Assembly: GCA_011109175.1 (NCBI GenBank)
Contig: RDEW01000005.1
Coordinates: forward strand, 1,298,657 to 1,362,656
Direction: 5' to 3'
Source: Dicyema japonicum
Lineage: Eukaryota > Animalia > Dicyemida
DNA: 64,000 nt
The translations under genes and the position numbers were made by a program. This document shows positions 28,885 through 42,339 of the stretch, piece by piece. Under the pieces are notes generated by a model that was not told the DNA's origin, ran no database searches, and saw nothing but the letters and a program-made list of their open reading frames with translations. How positions within the stretch are numbered: the first letter of the stretch is position 1; each line of letters begins with the position of its first letter.

Positions 28885-31470
28885 TTATTTCATTTCAATA
28901 TAAATATCAGACATATCTACTGGAATAGATAATTGGGGATTAGATTTCGCATCAAAAATGGAATTGAATACTAGTTTGTCATCACTCTACCATATTGAAC
29001 AAAACATCAACCAAGGGGTTCTCGGCTACTTCACTCTCAATTCCACTTTCTAAAAATTAAAATACAATAAACCTTTTATTCTCTTAAAAATGTCAAAATT
29101 AACTTTATCCAGGGAATCATTCTAAAATGACCAAACAAATAACTCTATTAATGCCTATAAGTGTGATGTCAAGACTTCCTGATTGATTATCCAACACATC
29201 AAAATTTGAATCTATTTAGTAACCAAAACAACCTCCAATTTGACATAAATTCACGTTAAACGGCTGCTTGAGTTCTTCCTTTCCATCCAAACTGTCAAAG
29301 GCAGCGGCAATCTTATCTGAATCGAAAAAATAAGATTGATAATCTTCACAAATTCTGAAATTGTCACTAACATTACTCGTCAGGAAATTCATTCAGATAA
29401 AACCATTCAGGCAAGAAGTAAGGTACATGCTTACTTCTCAGATCGATTACAGACTCTACGTATTCAGTAAGACGAGAATTGTCCCGACATACTGAGACAA
29501 AGACTAACACAGAGGCAACCAGGGCATGAATTTGGCATATTATAGGAACAGAGGGTTGGTCAAATTGAATATTCTTTATTACACAATAAGAGTAAACCTG
29601 TAAATGTATGACCAGTCGTATAATATCTATAACATTATTGGGGAAATAAAAGTCAATAATGACGATTGTACGGAATAGTTGTTCAAAATTAGAAAGACTA
29701 TTATTAGGTAGTAAGGCAGTGTCATTCAAATGCACAAAGAATGTGATTCCGTTCTAAATAGAAATAATTGTAAAACTTTAGACATAAAAACATTATCCTG
29801 TCTGTCAGTCTCAATTGGTTTTAATAGATTGGATGAATTTAAGTCAAATTTAATGGAGTTCCTTTGATGTATAATGACAATAACCTGAAACTAGGAATGT
29901 GAGGGAGAATATCCAATCGGTCGAAAAGACATTGCAGAATAGATTGAATCCGTAATCTAATATCTGCGTCCTCGGAAACGGAAAGTTCCATTAAATTATC
30001 GAGAAATGAAGAGGAGGGAAATTGGGCGTGAATTGAATCCCCCAATTCAGAGCCCCGACTGATATCTTGGATTGTCTCCAATAATAAAAGCACATGTCGA
30101 CTAGTATTTTCTCCAAATGGTAATCTAGTCACAATGTAGTCAATAACTTCTACTCTTTGACACGTGGACAGATTGGAAGCAAAATTAACTTGACTGACCC
30201 AATATATAAACCTATAATCTTTGAAAGAATGTTCTGATATTCATTTTCAGAGTCATTTTGGGGAGAATTAAGTGATCCACTGATGTGTTGCAATAATCTT
30301 GATATTAATTCGAGGACAGACTCACCTAGCAGTTACAAATATATAAACTCATATAATTTTTTGATAAAACTTCTATGATTCCCTTGAGAACCTTACAAAT
30401 GCCTATTCTGACGTCAGTTGGAGATGATTCGTGTTTTGTTATGTGATTGAGAGTGTGTGATATAACAACGTCGGCATGGGGGAGAGGGAATGAACATATT
30501 ATCAGTTTAAAGTATTTTATAGGCAAAGGGGAGTCCAAAGTCCACAATGAATGGCCGTCAAATTCTCTGAAATATAATAATTGAGTACTTCAAGATAATG
30601 TCAACAATGGTGGAGACTGAACTGCTGTATGTCGCCCGAGAGAGAAGATCTCTAAGACAATCCTCAGCCTCCACACGTACAGCAAGATGAGCTTTCTCTG
30701 AGAGTGTGATTCTACTTATTACAACAATAAATAACCTTTTGGGAGAACAATTTTCGAGTATTTGGGGGAAAAGGTTAAAAAATATAACAGGGATTATTTG
30801 TGACACATATTCAGAGGAATATATGCTCAGTTGGAGGTTATCGTTGACTGCCTTGCAAATAAGTCCCTTAATTCCCTTGAGAGAGGCCAGGCGGTATCTA
30901 GGATGACAACACAAACCAACCTGGTGAAGTCATCCTCAGACTTGACTCCCATAAAGGAGAAAGCACAGAATCTATCAACCAGAAAGTCCAGATTGCCACG
31001 ATATGCAGATGCGTCATCTCTGATTTGAGAAAATCTCCAAAACTGCATATAATTATGGAAATCAACAGATTCAACAACAATCTCAAAAAAATACAATTCC
31101 TTCATTTCCAACAGCACATGCAACATTTTAAGATAACTTTCAGTAATGAGGACAGTGTGTCCCCCTCGGGATGTCATCAGTTGGTCAAACGTTTCCACTC
31201 CAATGGTCACCAGACTAAATCTAACTACAAAAGTACCCTTTTTTATTCCTAGCCACATGCTTTTTCTGGAGTGAAAGTAAATACTTTCCTATCCTGTCTA
31301 GTTTTTCCGCGTGGGAGATGGAATAGAAAATTAGTTTATTTAGATTACTTTTCTTGTGTGGTTCCTATGATAACACAAGTGAATTACTTCGTTTGCATAA
31401 AGGAAAATATTATCACAGAGAACCTTATAACGTCTCTTCATTCTGTCAGCACAAATACAAAACACTACCA
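28885..31470 (-). CDS. EFR3: EFR3 homolog (PI4KIII-alpha scaffold)
   Basis: RRYKVLCDNIF, EKLDRIGKYL, RLASLKGIKGLICKAVNDNL and AEDCLRDLLSRAT. An intact frame results from canonical 22-25 nt introns, with stop TAA at 28885. The start codon is uncertain (ATG at 31441, with in-frame Cys codons upstream). Confidence 0.9.
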
Positions 31471-31591
31471 ACGTTTAAAAATAATATGAATAAGAATATT
31501 AACAAACTATATTTTCATCAATATTAATTTAAATATATTATTAATAAGTTTTCATTAATAATATTATATAGATTAGATTCTTTACTGAAAA

Positions 31592-32294
31592 TCAGATAAT
31601 ATTTCCAATATAACTACAAAAATAATATTTTTGTCTAAGTCTTGGCCAATGAACGACAAATGAATCGGCACATAAGTACAAGATATTTCCAGACAATGAC
31701 AGACTCCTCGTCCTGCAAAAACTTTCCACGTAAACTGTCAATATTTTCCGTCCAGAGAAAATCTATTATGTAGCAATAAGCGAACCCTGCAAATCAAAGC
31801 CATAATACACAAAGGAACACAGGTCCCGGGTCCATTACAAATAAGCTATCATTTAAATATTTCAAATACAAGGGATGGATTATTCTTCCAAATTATAATC
31901 AATGAACTGAAAAGTGATCTCATTGTCCCGGGTATTGCGGATATAAGAGATTGACCAACATGTCGACAGCGCGGCACTCTTACAACAGTCTAATTAAATA
32001 CAAGTTTACTGAATTTTGAGAAATTTTCGATAAACTAGTAAAATCACTGTCTGCCAAAACATATATGATTTTGTACAAGTTAAAGTCTAGTGAACTAACA
32101 AGTCTTAACATTTCAGCTGTATGTCCTCCTATTTTGATTAAAGACCATAAACCTGATCCCAGGACAACTAAAGTCTTGCATTTGTGGCCTTGGGGTAAAT
32201 GATAAGTTGATTTATTTGCACGTGCTTTAAAAATCTCATAGAAAACGAAGCATATTCTTATTAAAACAATAATAAATGACAATAAAAATAACAT
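31592..32294 (-). CDS. ALG14: UDP-GlcNAc transferase subunit ALG14
   Basis: N-terminal TM segment, TLVVLGSGGHTAEMLRL after removing a 24-nt intron, LICNGPGTCVP and YVESFCRTRSLSLSGNILY. Confidence 0.95.
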
Positions 32295-32479
32295 TGAACG
32301 TACACGATTATATAAAATTTAATAAATTATTTAAATTAAGACTAAATTAATTATAATAATAGACTTATCTGTTAATCAATCTACAATTGAATTAATAACA
32401 CAGCATATTCCCTTTAAAAATATTTTAATATTCTATTTTTCTAAATTCACACGAATTCTTCAATTTTCCATTATTTATA

Positions 32480-33300
32480 CGTCGAGGCAACGTGACTGGG
32501 ATGATATTTACTCCAAGAATATCTTCGACGTGCTAAAGTCTGAGGCCAACCAGCATCGTCTTGCATGCCTCGTGTCCGCCGCCAACCATGGGAGCGGAGC
32601 GTGCTGGATGCACTCCCGTCTTCCTCCCTGGGGACCCTATTGGACGATGACTGTATTCGGATTGGAATCGCACAACGCCTGGGAGCTGATGTTTGCGTCG
32701 AACACCAATGTCGCTGTGGAGGGATCGTCGATGCCAAAGGGCTGCACCCGCTCTCGTGCAAAAGGAGTGCGGGCAGAGCACCCCGCCATGCTGCTATGAA
32801 CAACATTGTCTTGCGTGCTCTTGAAGCGGCAGGCTTCCCGGCAGTATTGGAACTGTGGGATTGGACCGCGGATGGAAAGACCGGATGGTTAACTATCTTT
32901 CCGTTCACTGAGGAAAATCGCTCGTATGGGACTGCACTGTTGTGGATTCTTTCTCGACTCGATGATGCTCAGCTCGGCGCAGTCTGCTGGATCGGCAGCC
33001 GATCTGGCCGAAAAAATCAAGATTAAAAAATATGGCGAAATTGGAGACCGCTACCGTTTTGTACCGGTAGCAATCGAGACGTCTGGTGCGGCTGGAAGTA
33101 TTACAGCCTCTTCCTAAAGGAAATCGGGGGAAAATTAGCCCACCGCAAGAAAGACGTGCGGGAAGCGGTCTGGCTGAGGCAAAGAATTGGTATCGCAGTT
33201 ATTCGCGGAAACGCTTACTCCGTGATGTCAGCAGCCGCTCTCCCCATAGTTAATAAATAATATTTTATTGTTAATAAATTTTTGATTTAAAAAAAAAAAA
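32480..33300 (+). mobile_element. CRE-clade retrotransposon 3' fragment with A-rich tail
   Basis: CRCGGIVDAKGLHPLSCKRSAGRAPRHAAMN, AEKIKIKKY and FVPVAIETSG, followed by an A-rich end. Confidence 0.85.
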
Positions 33301-33878
33301 TTTATACGTATCTTATGAAAATTCCAATATTTCCCTATAATTCCACCTCGTCTATAACAGAAGCCTTTTTTGGAAGAGATGACAGCCACGGATGACATGG
33401 AGTTCTAAAGCATGGACGAGTTCAAATTGCAAGAACTAGTAGGATCACAAGTCAGAAGATGGATAGGATGGTAGTTAATATGATTGTTGCTAATCTCATT
33501 TCTACCTTAGCAGTATGTCTTAGCAACCCATAATTGCTGTCATATTTTGATGATCTAAAGTTGGCAAAAGAAATCAGATTTGTTTTATCTAAATATTAAT
33601 CTTAAAGGCAATAAAATATGTATTAAAATATGACAATCAAAAATTCACTTAATAATTGATCAAATAAAGATTAAAGGAACGAATGAAGCATTATCCACTT
33701 AAATCAATTTGATTTGTCTCACCCATTAGTGCAAATCTCATCACTGCAGGATATTTCAATATTCCCTTATGATTTGCTTAACAGACATTCAAATTTAAAT
33801 TTCGACCTTTAAGTAACGCTGTCAATTAATGCCGTATTTTCGGAGATTATTTATTACGATTTACGCTAAATAAAAAAT

Positions 33879-34418
33879 ATGATAGGAAATGTATTAATTT
33901 GTTTGGTTTATGTCATCGAAGCAACTGAAATTCACAGAATATACTGGAGCACCATCGAATCAACGTAGAGATTCACTTTATCGGTAGATTGAGCATTGAC
34001 GTTAGTTTTGAGTCGGCAATAAATATAATTTGCTCAAATTCTACAAATACTTCTATATATTATGTATGTTTTACTATTTTATGATCAGATTGATAAAAAC
34101 GCTCATTTGAGTTCACGATTGACCACTAATAATTCCCTGTTGCTGGTGAATTGCCCGGAACAACAAGATGCTCTTCTTTACATTCTCAGAGAGTCACCAA
34201 TCGATGGATGGCCAGATTTTAATTGCAATGAGCAACACTTCATTGTGAGTACTCCATATAACAAAAAAGACAGTAAAGTCCTCATTATTAATGTCAAGTG
34301 TCATCATTTAGGTATCTCAATTTATTTATCTTTAGTACAAAGTCTCCATTTTGAAAAATATTTGATTAAACTTATATTCGTTTTATTTTCCATAAAAATA
34401 ACTTTCCACTATTTTTAA
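33879..34418 (+). CDS. Divergent ephrin-like protein (signal peptide, ephrin domain, hydrophobic C-terminus)
   Basis: Three micro-introns. Motif order IYW / INIIC / IYY / VNC / ESPIDGWPDF / HFIVST / VLIINVK parallels the ephrin VYW / LDIYC / LYMV / ECN / FTPFSLGFEF / YFYISS / LKLKV. Confidence 0.55.
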
Positions 34419-34449
34419 AAAATACCGCGCTAATATTGTCCCTCATAAC

Positions 34450-35540
34450 TATCCTGGTGAGTCAAGGATTCACACGCATGATTTGACATCAGTTTAATTG
34501 ACCATCTTAGTTTGAATGATTTGGCAGATTTATGGTTTCCAAATTAGTTAAGGAGATTCTTAAATAATTTTATCTAGAATTTCCAACTGTTAGTGTTGTA
34601 ACAGTCTTTTTCGAGTCTCTCACAGAATGACGCATAATATTGATAGAACAAATGTATTATGTTAGAACACCAATATCTTCATATTCTATTTAATGAGGTT
34701 TATTTAAGGACCACCACATCCATTATCTCCAAGTTTATACATTCATCACGATAGATTACTTTTAAATTTATGCTAAGAATTTGTTTGGTTTCATTCATAT
34801 TATATCAAATGCCTTCTCCAAATTTACTGTTATGTATAAATTGTGGAATTGAAAAAGTTTTCAAATTTGTTCACTGTTTGTGTAAACTAAATTTCCCAAT
34901 GCGCCTTTTATACATCAATGATTATGTGACCCACGAGGGTAGATGCTAGAGAATATATTTCCTCAACGTCTCAGCAAATTATAAACTACATTTCATAGAG
35001 AAACTGGTCGCACAGTTTAACTAAGAAGCATCTCTCAGTAACCAAGTTTCTAGTAATTTTCCCAATCAACACATGTATTTTTGGTGGTTTTGCAAATAAT
35101 ATCAGCCAGAGTTATGTTAAATGACAAGATGATGGGCTGAGATATCTCAATTTATTAATCATTAGTGGATGTACTTACAGTTTATAAATAGAATAAAAAT
35201 ATTCCAACTATGAATTTATAGTATCTACCGCAGCTCCATAACAGAATTTTGTGGGTTTCTGCGAATTAGAAGCATTCTGATTAAACTAAATGGATACCTT
35301 CTATCTGACACCAATGAGTTGCATAGATTCTTATTTTCTGATTGAGATCTTTGTGTATAAGTCTGGTTTTCTTAAGCTTTTAGCTAAATTTATGAGTGTT
35401 ATTCTCATGATACCTCGTGGTCGTCGAAGAGGATGCCTAACTTTTTCGTTATAGGGCAGTAGCCATCAGTCTTTTCCTCCTCATTTTGCCTACGTTGACT
35501 ATCAGAAACGATCCACTTTCTGTAAGAGATAAAGGGATTC
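34450..35540 (-). CDS. Possible spliced gene head-to-head with CARM1, unidentified
   Basis: Short open exon-like blocks (DSQRRQNEEEKTDGYCPITKKLGILFDDHE) flanked by micro-intron-like GT..AG segments. The model is incomplete. Confidence 0.25.
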
Positions 35541-35614
35541 TTTCAAAACTTTTCAGATTTTATTAAAATGTTAAAATGAAGAAATATTAAAATTATATTA
35601 AAATTATTAATAAA

Positions 35615-37206
35615 TTGTTAACATTAAATCATGCATTTGCAGTTTCTGTGTGTTCTTTTGAACTAAAATCTAAAAAATGTAAAAATTATGAAAACTCACT
35701 ATTATTTCTTGACAAAACAACCATTAAAATTAAATCCAATGTGGAGGACCAAACAATAACTCTCATGGAATTATCGAAGGACTCAAATATAAGGAAGAAT
35801 GATAACATACTTGTGCTTTTGGATGACCGGTGTAATATTACGTTGTATTTTCATAACTCTGTGGGTTTATTTAAGTTAATATTGATAGAATGTGATGAAT
35901 TTGTTGATATTTTCGAAAAGACAGTCAATTCGCCTCAAAATCAAATGACTAACGAGACCCACTATTTTCAGGTCATTTGTATGATTACAGTAGTTTTATA
36001 GTCATTTGTCTCAGCAACAAAATATGATGTCTGATTATATAAGGACATCCACATACCAGGCTGCAATCTACCAAAATATTGATGATTTCCGTGGAAAGGT
36101 GTTATTCGTTGTATTACCAAGGTTGTGTTGGATGTTGGTGCTGGTTCGGGGATTCTGTCCTTCTTTGCATGTCAAGCAGGGGCTAGCAAAGTATATGCTG
36201 TGGAGGCCAGTTCTATGGCTGAACACTGTAGTGTAATTATTATTAGTGATTTCAGACATTGGTTAGGGGAAATGGGTTAGAATCAGTAATAACTGTAATC
36301 CACGGGAAAATCGAGGAAATATCTCTGCCAGAGATGGTGGATGTTATAATATCAGAACCACTGGGGATTATGCTGTTTAACGAACGGATGCTTGAATCTT
36401 ACATTCATTCTAAAAAGTTTTTAAAGCAATCGGGGAGAATGTATCCCACTCAGGGAGACTTATATATTTGTCCATTCTCTGATGAGGCATTATATATGGA
36501 TAATGTTAATAAGTCCAGTTTTGGTGGATTATTTTATATATTGTAGGGAAAAACACAACTTTTATGGAGTGGATGTTAGTCACGTGTATGATAAGGCTGT
36601 TTGTGAGTATTTCAGACAGCCTATTGTGGTTTGATGTTATTTTTACTATTTGGAAACATTTGATGTGAGAATACTGTTGTCAAATCCTATCAAACATGAA
36701 ACAAACTTTATTACGTCCAGTGAAAGTGACCTCCATGAGATTATAATCCCCTTACATTTCCAAATAACACAAACAGCTCATGTACACGGTCTTGCCTTTT
36801 GGTTTGAGGCCGCATTCTTTGGCTCTCAGTTATTATTTTTATCACTTTAGAAAGACAATTTGGCTGTCGACTGCCCCGACACAACCCCCAACCCACTGGT
36901 ATCAAGTCAAATGTCTTCTAGTGAAGCCTATATTTGCTCATTATGGACAGACTATTGTAGGAAAAGTTGTAATGAAAGTAAATGATCGGTTTGTAGTCTT
37001 TTTAATATATTAGTCAGAGTTATGATATTATTATGGATGTGAGACTTGATGGTGATCAAAATTCCGTTGTCTCTAATATTGACCTCAGAGATGCAACCTT
37101 TCGGAGTTATACAACACCTGTGATCCCACCAGGACATCATAACACTATTTCTCCTTCTGATCAATATTGGGGACCTGTTCAGAATTCATACTACAGTTAT
37201 CATTAA
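35615..37206 (+). CDS. CARM1: Histone-arginine methyltransferase CARM1/PRMT4
   Basis: [55 protein letters not shown] and THWYQVKCL. The start codon is not resolved. One intron appears to be GT-TG. Confidence 0.95.
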
Positions 37207-37897
37207 CATTATTTGTAGATAAAACCAGTTATTCTTCTCATTGATTACTTTTGTTATTTGTTTTCAATACTTTATTACTATTTATTCATTAACTCATTCG
37301 GTAATCCCTACTTTTGGGTTTACGCTGTCAGACTACAGAGACTCACACAACCAAAAAGGAAACAGGTGGAATTATAGAGATAATTTTATTGGAATTTTTT
37401 AGGGATTAGCCTTGCGGTTTGGATTCTTCATTCACTCAATTATACGAAAACAAACTAAGTACATTCTTGATTCCTAGACTCCCTCCTATCATTGTGTAAC
37501 TGTTTTTTCCTCTTAAAATGAAGTGTTTCGCCTGTCATATTAGGTATAATAGTGGAAACATTACCACAGAAAATGGCTGTTATTATAGCTGTTAACTAAA
37601 TAATATAATAAAGGATAAGCATCTTGTGTCCACTAAATGAAACGATGGTTCTTCCAACATTGGTTAAATCCTCACTAACTTGGAGGAGACCGGATGCGTC
37701 GCGGTTATCTTGTTGGAAACAACGTGCCGCGAGGTTCTAGCGAGTGGCTGTTTATGGTGGTTGAATCCACGAGCGCAGAAAGCGACTTTGACACGTGTCA
37801 TCAACCTGTCAATCTAATTGATGCCTAATTATTAAAAAAAAGAATCATTATTTTTCTCAGATAATTCTTGATATTATTAGCATTTATTATTATTTAT

Positions 37898-39375
37898 TGT
37901 GGCGCTCCATGCAAGCTACACCGATTTTAGACGTTACACTTTGACCTTGTGGCATGACAGTTGATTTTGACGGTAACGTTTCATAAAAATCAATTTCAAA
38001 TATCGTATTTAACTAAGTGTGGAGGAATAAAAAGCCACATAGTAATTGTTCACAAATGAAACTATAATTTATTATTTTATATAAACCTATAAAAAGAAAA
38101 AAAAATAGAAATTATTCATTAAAACTCCTATCTTGACCCTAATCCAACCATACCCTCACCCCTAATTAAACCAATTATATCATAACCCTAACCATTTACT
38201 AATCCAAATCATAACCTAATCCTAACCATTTCCCAACCCTACCACTACCTTAACCGTAATTATATTTATTAAGCTTTATTAACATAGGAGTTTAACCTCA
38301 TTTTATAGTTTATTTAACCTTACAAATCAGGGGTTGCCTTTTTTTGAATTTTTGTGAAAAAAAGTAAACACAACATGATGACAAAATTACAAAAAAAGGC
38401 GTAAAAATTTTAACTTGAGATTATTTTAATTTGTGATATCAACACATCTTTTTCGCATTCACAACTATTCACTTTTACATACCCTTTTACTTCCATGAAA
38501 TAGATTAAAAAGGGATTTTCTTCATGGAAGAAAAGCTTTGTTGTATGAAAAAGTTTTTTTTTGTAACCAACGAGTCAACGTTTGGTTACAACGTTCTAAA
38601 ACTTTTGTAAAATGTTAAATTTCTTTGCATAAAGAATTCACTAGTTCATTTTTAAACTCTTTCCCATTGTCAGATTGTAAAATCTGAGGGGGTCCAAAAC
38701 AATAAAAGATAGATCTTTAAGATGAACAAATAACAGTTGCTTCTTTTTGAGACGATTCGCTTTTTGCAAAACAAAATTTGAAATATACGTCAATAATATT
38801 AAATATATATTTAAAGCCATCATTGGCCTGGGACCATCGACTTAAATCCACCAAGTCATTTGAAATCTTTGAATCATAGGAATTGAGCATTTAAAGGTTG
38901 CTTTGTGCACATGCTGTGCATTCGGAACATACATCACGTATAATGGATCTTTGATGGTGAAATTGTCGCAAAAATTCTTTCAGTTTATTGATTCCATAAT
39001 GATTGTCAAATGCTGTTTCATGCATTCTATCTTCATAGTTTGAATATCGTCCTGAGCAATAACACGTTTATGAGCGTTATTATTTGTAAAGAGTTTAGAA
39101 TCTTCTAACAAAACAAAATTGGTTTTCTTAATAAACCGAAATTTTTGCATTCGTGTAAAATTATGGTTGATGCTTTTGCATTGTAGATATTGAAACAATA
39201 TCATTGTACTCTTGGATAGTCCTGATCATATTTTTAATATACATCTTTCTTACACGGATAATTCGATTTATGATAAATAGTGAATTTAATTGTGGTTAAT
39301 TGATTTTAGATGTCCAAAAAAATCCAAGGTCAAAGTGTAACGCCTAAAATTGTGTAACCTGCATGGAGCGCCACA
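37898..39375 (-). mobile_element. Ginger-like (integrase) DNA transposon, decayed, with both TIRs
   Basis: About 51-bp TIRs TGTGGCGCTCCATGCA.. at 37898-37949 and 39325-39375, with flanking TTTAT on both sides. Internal HH..CSEC motif and DLVDL..NDGFKYIFNIIDVY integrase core. Confidence 0.75.
38135..38260 (+). repeat. Degenerate CCCTAA/CCTAACC-like tract inside the Ginger-like element
   Basis: gaccctaatcc..ccctaatt..taaccctaacc..acctaatcctaacc..accctacc. Confidence 0.6.
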
Positions 39376-39409
39376 TTTATTTTATGGAATATTTAAATAA
39401 TTTTTGTGG

Positions 39410-39675
39410 GCATAGCAAAATGGCTAGGGTCATGGGTTCGATTCTCGCTGCTGTTCATCTGGTGGAAGTTCCACGCATCTACGATGTTAAAAGGGCTTGA
39501 CGAGTTACGCCGTCATCAGTGGAAATTCACTGCGGACCTGGATAGTTAAAAAGACATACACACAAGAAAAAAGAAAATAAAAAGTGAAGAGCATTCCTTA
39601 ATTCTCCTCTACGATTAGTATAATAACTGTTCTTCACTTAAATAAAGTGTGTGTTCTGCATGAGCGAAACCCTAG
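39410..39675 (+). mobile_element. Second copy of the tRNA-derived SINE, tail missing
   Basis: GGGTTCGATTCTCGCTGCTGTTCA.. body colinear with 28370-28595. Confidence 0.75.
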
Positions 39676-39941
39676 GCATCTTAACAGATAACAGATAACA
39701 TGATTTATTCGCAAAACCCCAACTAACTAAACAAGGTAAGAGCCATTAACTAAAGAGGAAAGCCAAGATTTGGGGTCGTCTCTATCGGGGCACTCTCATG
39801 AGACACCGTATGTCTCTTCTCCGTAAAAAGCCCCAATTACAATGCGAGTTTCCACAAGCAATGTAATAAATCACCAATTCTTCTCGTATTTCTTTCGTAT
39901 TCGTCATCAATTTCAGATGCTAAATCCAATCCATGTGCTTC

Positions 39942-40721
39942 AATTTAGTTTCGTTTATAATTAGAACTTCCATCTGGATCGTGCTGGCTATAGCAACCAG
40001 CACTGAGGCCCGTTTCCGAAGAGAACGGGCATTAATCAGAGTTATCCTGACTACTTCTGGTTTTTTCGGTGGCTGCCCTCTCTTCTTAAGAGCACCACTC
40101 TCTTCTCTGTGTTGAAGCTTCTACTGTTTCTTTTTTAGAAGGTTTCTTATTATATGTCGTATTCCAGCCAGTCTGCCCATACATTCTAAACTCTGACTTT
40201 AATTTCTTATTCGTTCCAGTTTTGGAAACTTCACTTTCTCCATTATGGGCAGTTTCTCGTTTTAGAAATAATTTTCCATTCGATTCTTTCCTTTTTTGGT
40301 CAATTTTGTTTTTCTTCGCAATGTTAGCTTCAACAGCCTTGGGCATCTTCCATAATTTAGTTTCGTTTATAATTAGAACTTCCATCTGGATCGTGCTGGC
40401 TATAGCAACCAGCACTGAGGCCCGTTTCCAAAGAGAACGGGCATTAATCAGGGTTATCCTGACTACTTCTGGTTTTTTTTCGGTGGCTGCCCTCTCTTCT
40501 CTATATTGAAGCTTCTACTGTTTCTTTTTTAGAATGTTTCTTATTATATGTCCTATTCCAGCCAGTTTTAATTTCTTATTCGTTCCAGTTTTGGAAACTT
40601 CACTTTCTCCATTATGGGCATTTTCTCGTTTTAGAGATAATTTTCCATTCGATTCTTTCCTTTTTGGTCAATTTTGTTTTTTTTTCGCTATGTTAGCTTC
40701 AACAGCCTTGGGATCTTCCAT
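39942..40721. repeat. Tandem duplication of an approximately 410-bp unit
   Basis: Unit 1 (39942-40353) and unit 2 (40354-40721, with internal deletions) are near-identical. A related short motif occurs near 40960. Confidence 0.9.
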
Positions 40722-42339
40722 AATTGGCAAACTCGATGAATTAACCACAATTCAAAGGACTTATTATTGTTTGTAACCGAACACTGCGAAATTCTATGTG
40801 AATCAGAACAAACAAGCATCTTTCAACACATCTCCATTAGGTCTGAAGTATGTTTCTCAAACTCGTAGTATATTTCTTCATCTTGTAGCACCAATGGCAC
40901 CACTTTTTCATTAGTGGGTCCCACACACCACTTTTTTCATTAGTGGGACCGCTATGTTAGCTTTAACAGGTTTTCCTAGGCATCTTACGTGCTTAGTGCT
41001 TTTTATACCATACTAACAGCAAATAAAATATTATCCAGGCTAGCGAAATTTTCTCTTGCTTGTTATGTCACACCAGCGTTTGTTTGTTAAAAAATCAAGA
41101 TGATATAATTTGTTGAGATCTTAACATTGATAATGAGGATGTCGATTTCCCAAGCATAGGAAGTATTGACTCAAAAGAAAGCGTAACATTTCATAATTAA
41201 TGAGGGGAAATTATATCTGAAAAATGTAAATGGCTACACAAGCTCGTAATTGTTTCCACGAATATAGAAAAAATGAAAATATTGCTCGGGAGATTCATGA
41301 GGACAATGCATAGTGGGCACAATGTCCAATGTTTTTACTAAAAACATCCAAAACAACTGAAAAACCAGATTCAACCATCCATGTGCAGGGGAAAAAATTA
41401 TGCTTGTTTCTACATGCTGAAACATTTGGGTGTGAGTCTTTATTAATATGTAGGCAATGAACCTTCTTTATCAACTCTTATTTCAGTTTCACATTTTCTT
41501 TCAAATCCAACAGCATTCAACCAACTCAGAATTTTCATCTTTTGGTTCATAGTTTTAGGTCCACAAACCAGAGTGGATAATCCATATTTAAAAGTATTCT
41601 CTCAAAGTCTAAAATAGACCATCAAGATGGCAGTGCATGCAGCAATGCAATCCGATGTAGGCTTATTGTTGTTAAAATTTTCAAATGATAACAGTGATGC
41701 CAGATTGTTTTTCTCAAACTGTTTTTTCCAAAATTTCAATTTCCACAAATAGCCTTTATTTTATGTGCAAGGTGATTAAATCTGATCTTTACATTGTAGC
41801 TTCAAGATAAGCTGATTCACTGTTGTATATCACTGAGATATAAAATTTTGGATTTAGACTTAAGTCCTTCCAAAAATTTATTAGATTTATCAGCTTGCTT
41901 CTTGGAACTGGAATGAGTCATTTTTGACTTGAGAAATATGATTTTGTTCCCATATATTCAATACTCTTTCTCAGACCTCTGGATAACCATGTTAAGCGAT
42001 GAGTTTTAAAATTTTCATTTTGAAAAAAATTGTTCAAATATTCTGTCACTGAATAACTTTTGAAAAAGTTAATTGCATGCATGGCAATGTTAAGTGGTTC
42101 TTCCATATCTCCTCAATATTTTATCTGCCAAATGATGTCTGTGGATAATACAGTGGATATATGTTAGGAGCAACTGATTTCATTCGACATTATGCCAATA
42201 CGATTCACAGATGTGGAGTGTAATTGACAGGATCTCTGTCATACTCTCTGTCATTCAACAAAATGCTGACTACGGTTATCAAAGCATAGACTATGGGCTT
42301 AGTAATGAAATGTCCAGATGAAGTTGAGAACTTCTACAC

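Noticed and set aside
33310-33560. Minus-strand hydrophobic frame with two in-frame TGA codons, suggesting UGA reassignment
   Set aside because: ALG14 and CNOT11 end at TGA at positions matching their homologs, and conserved Trp residues use TGG. The frame is unverified.
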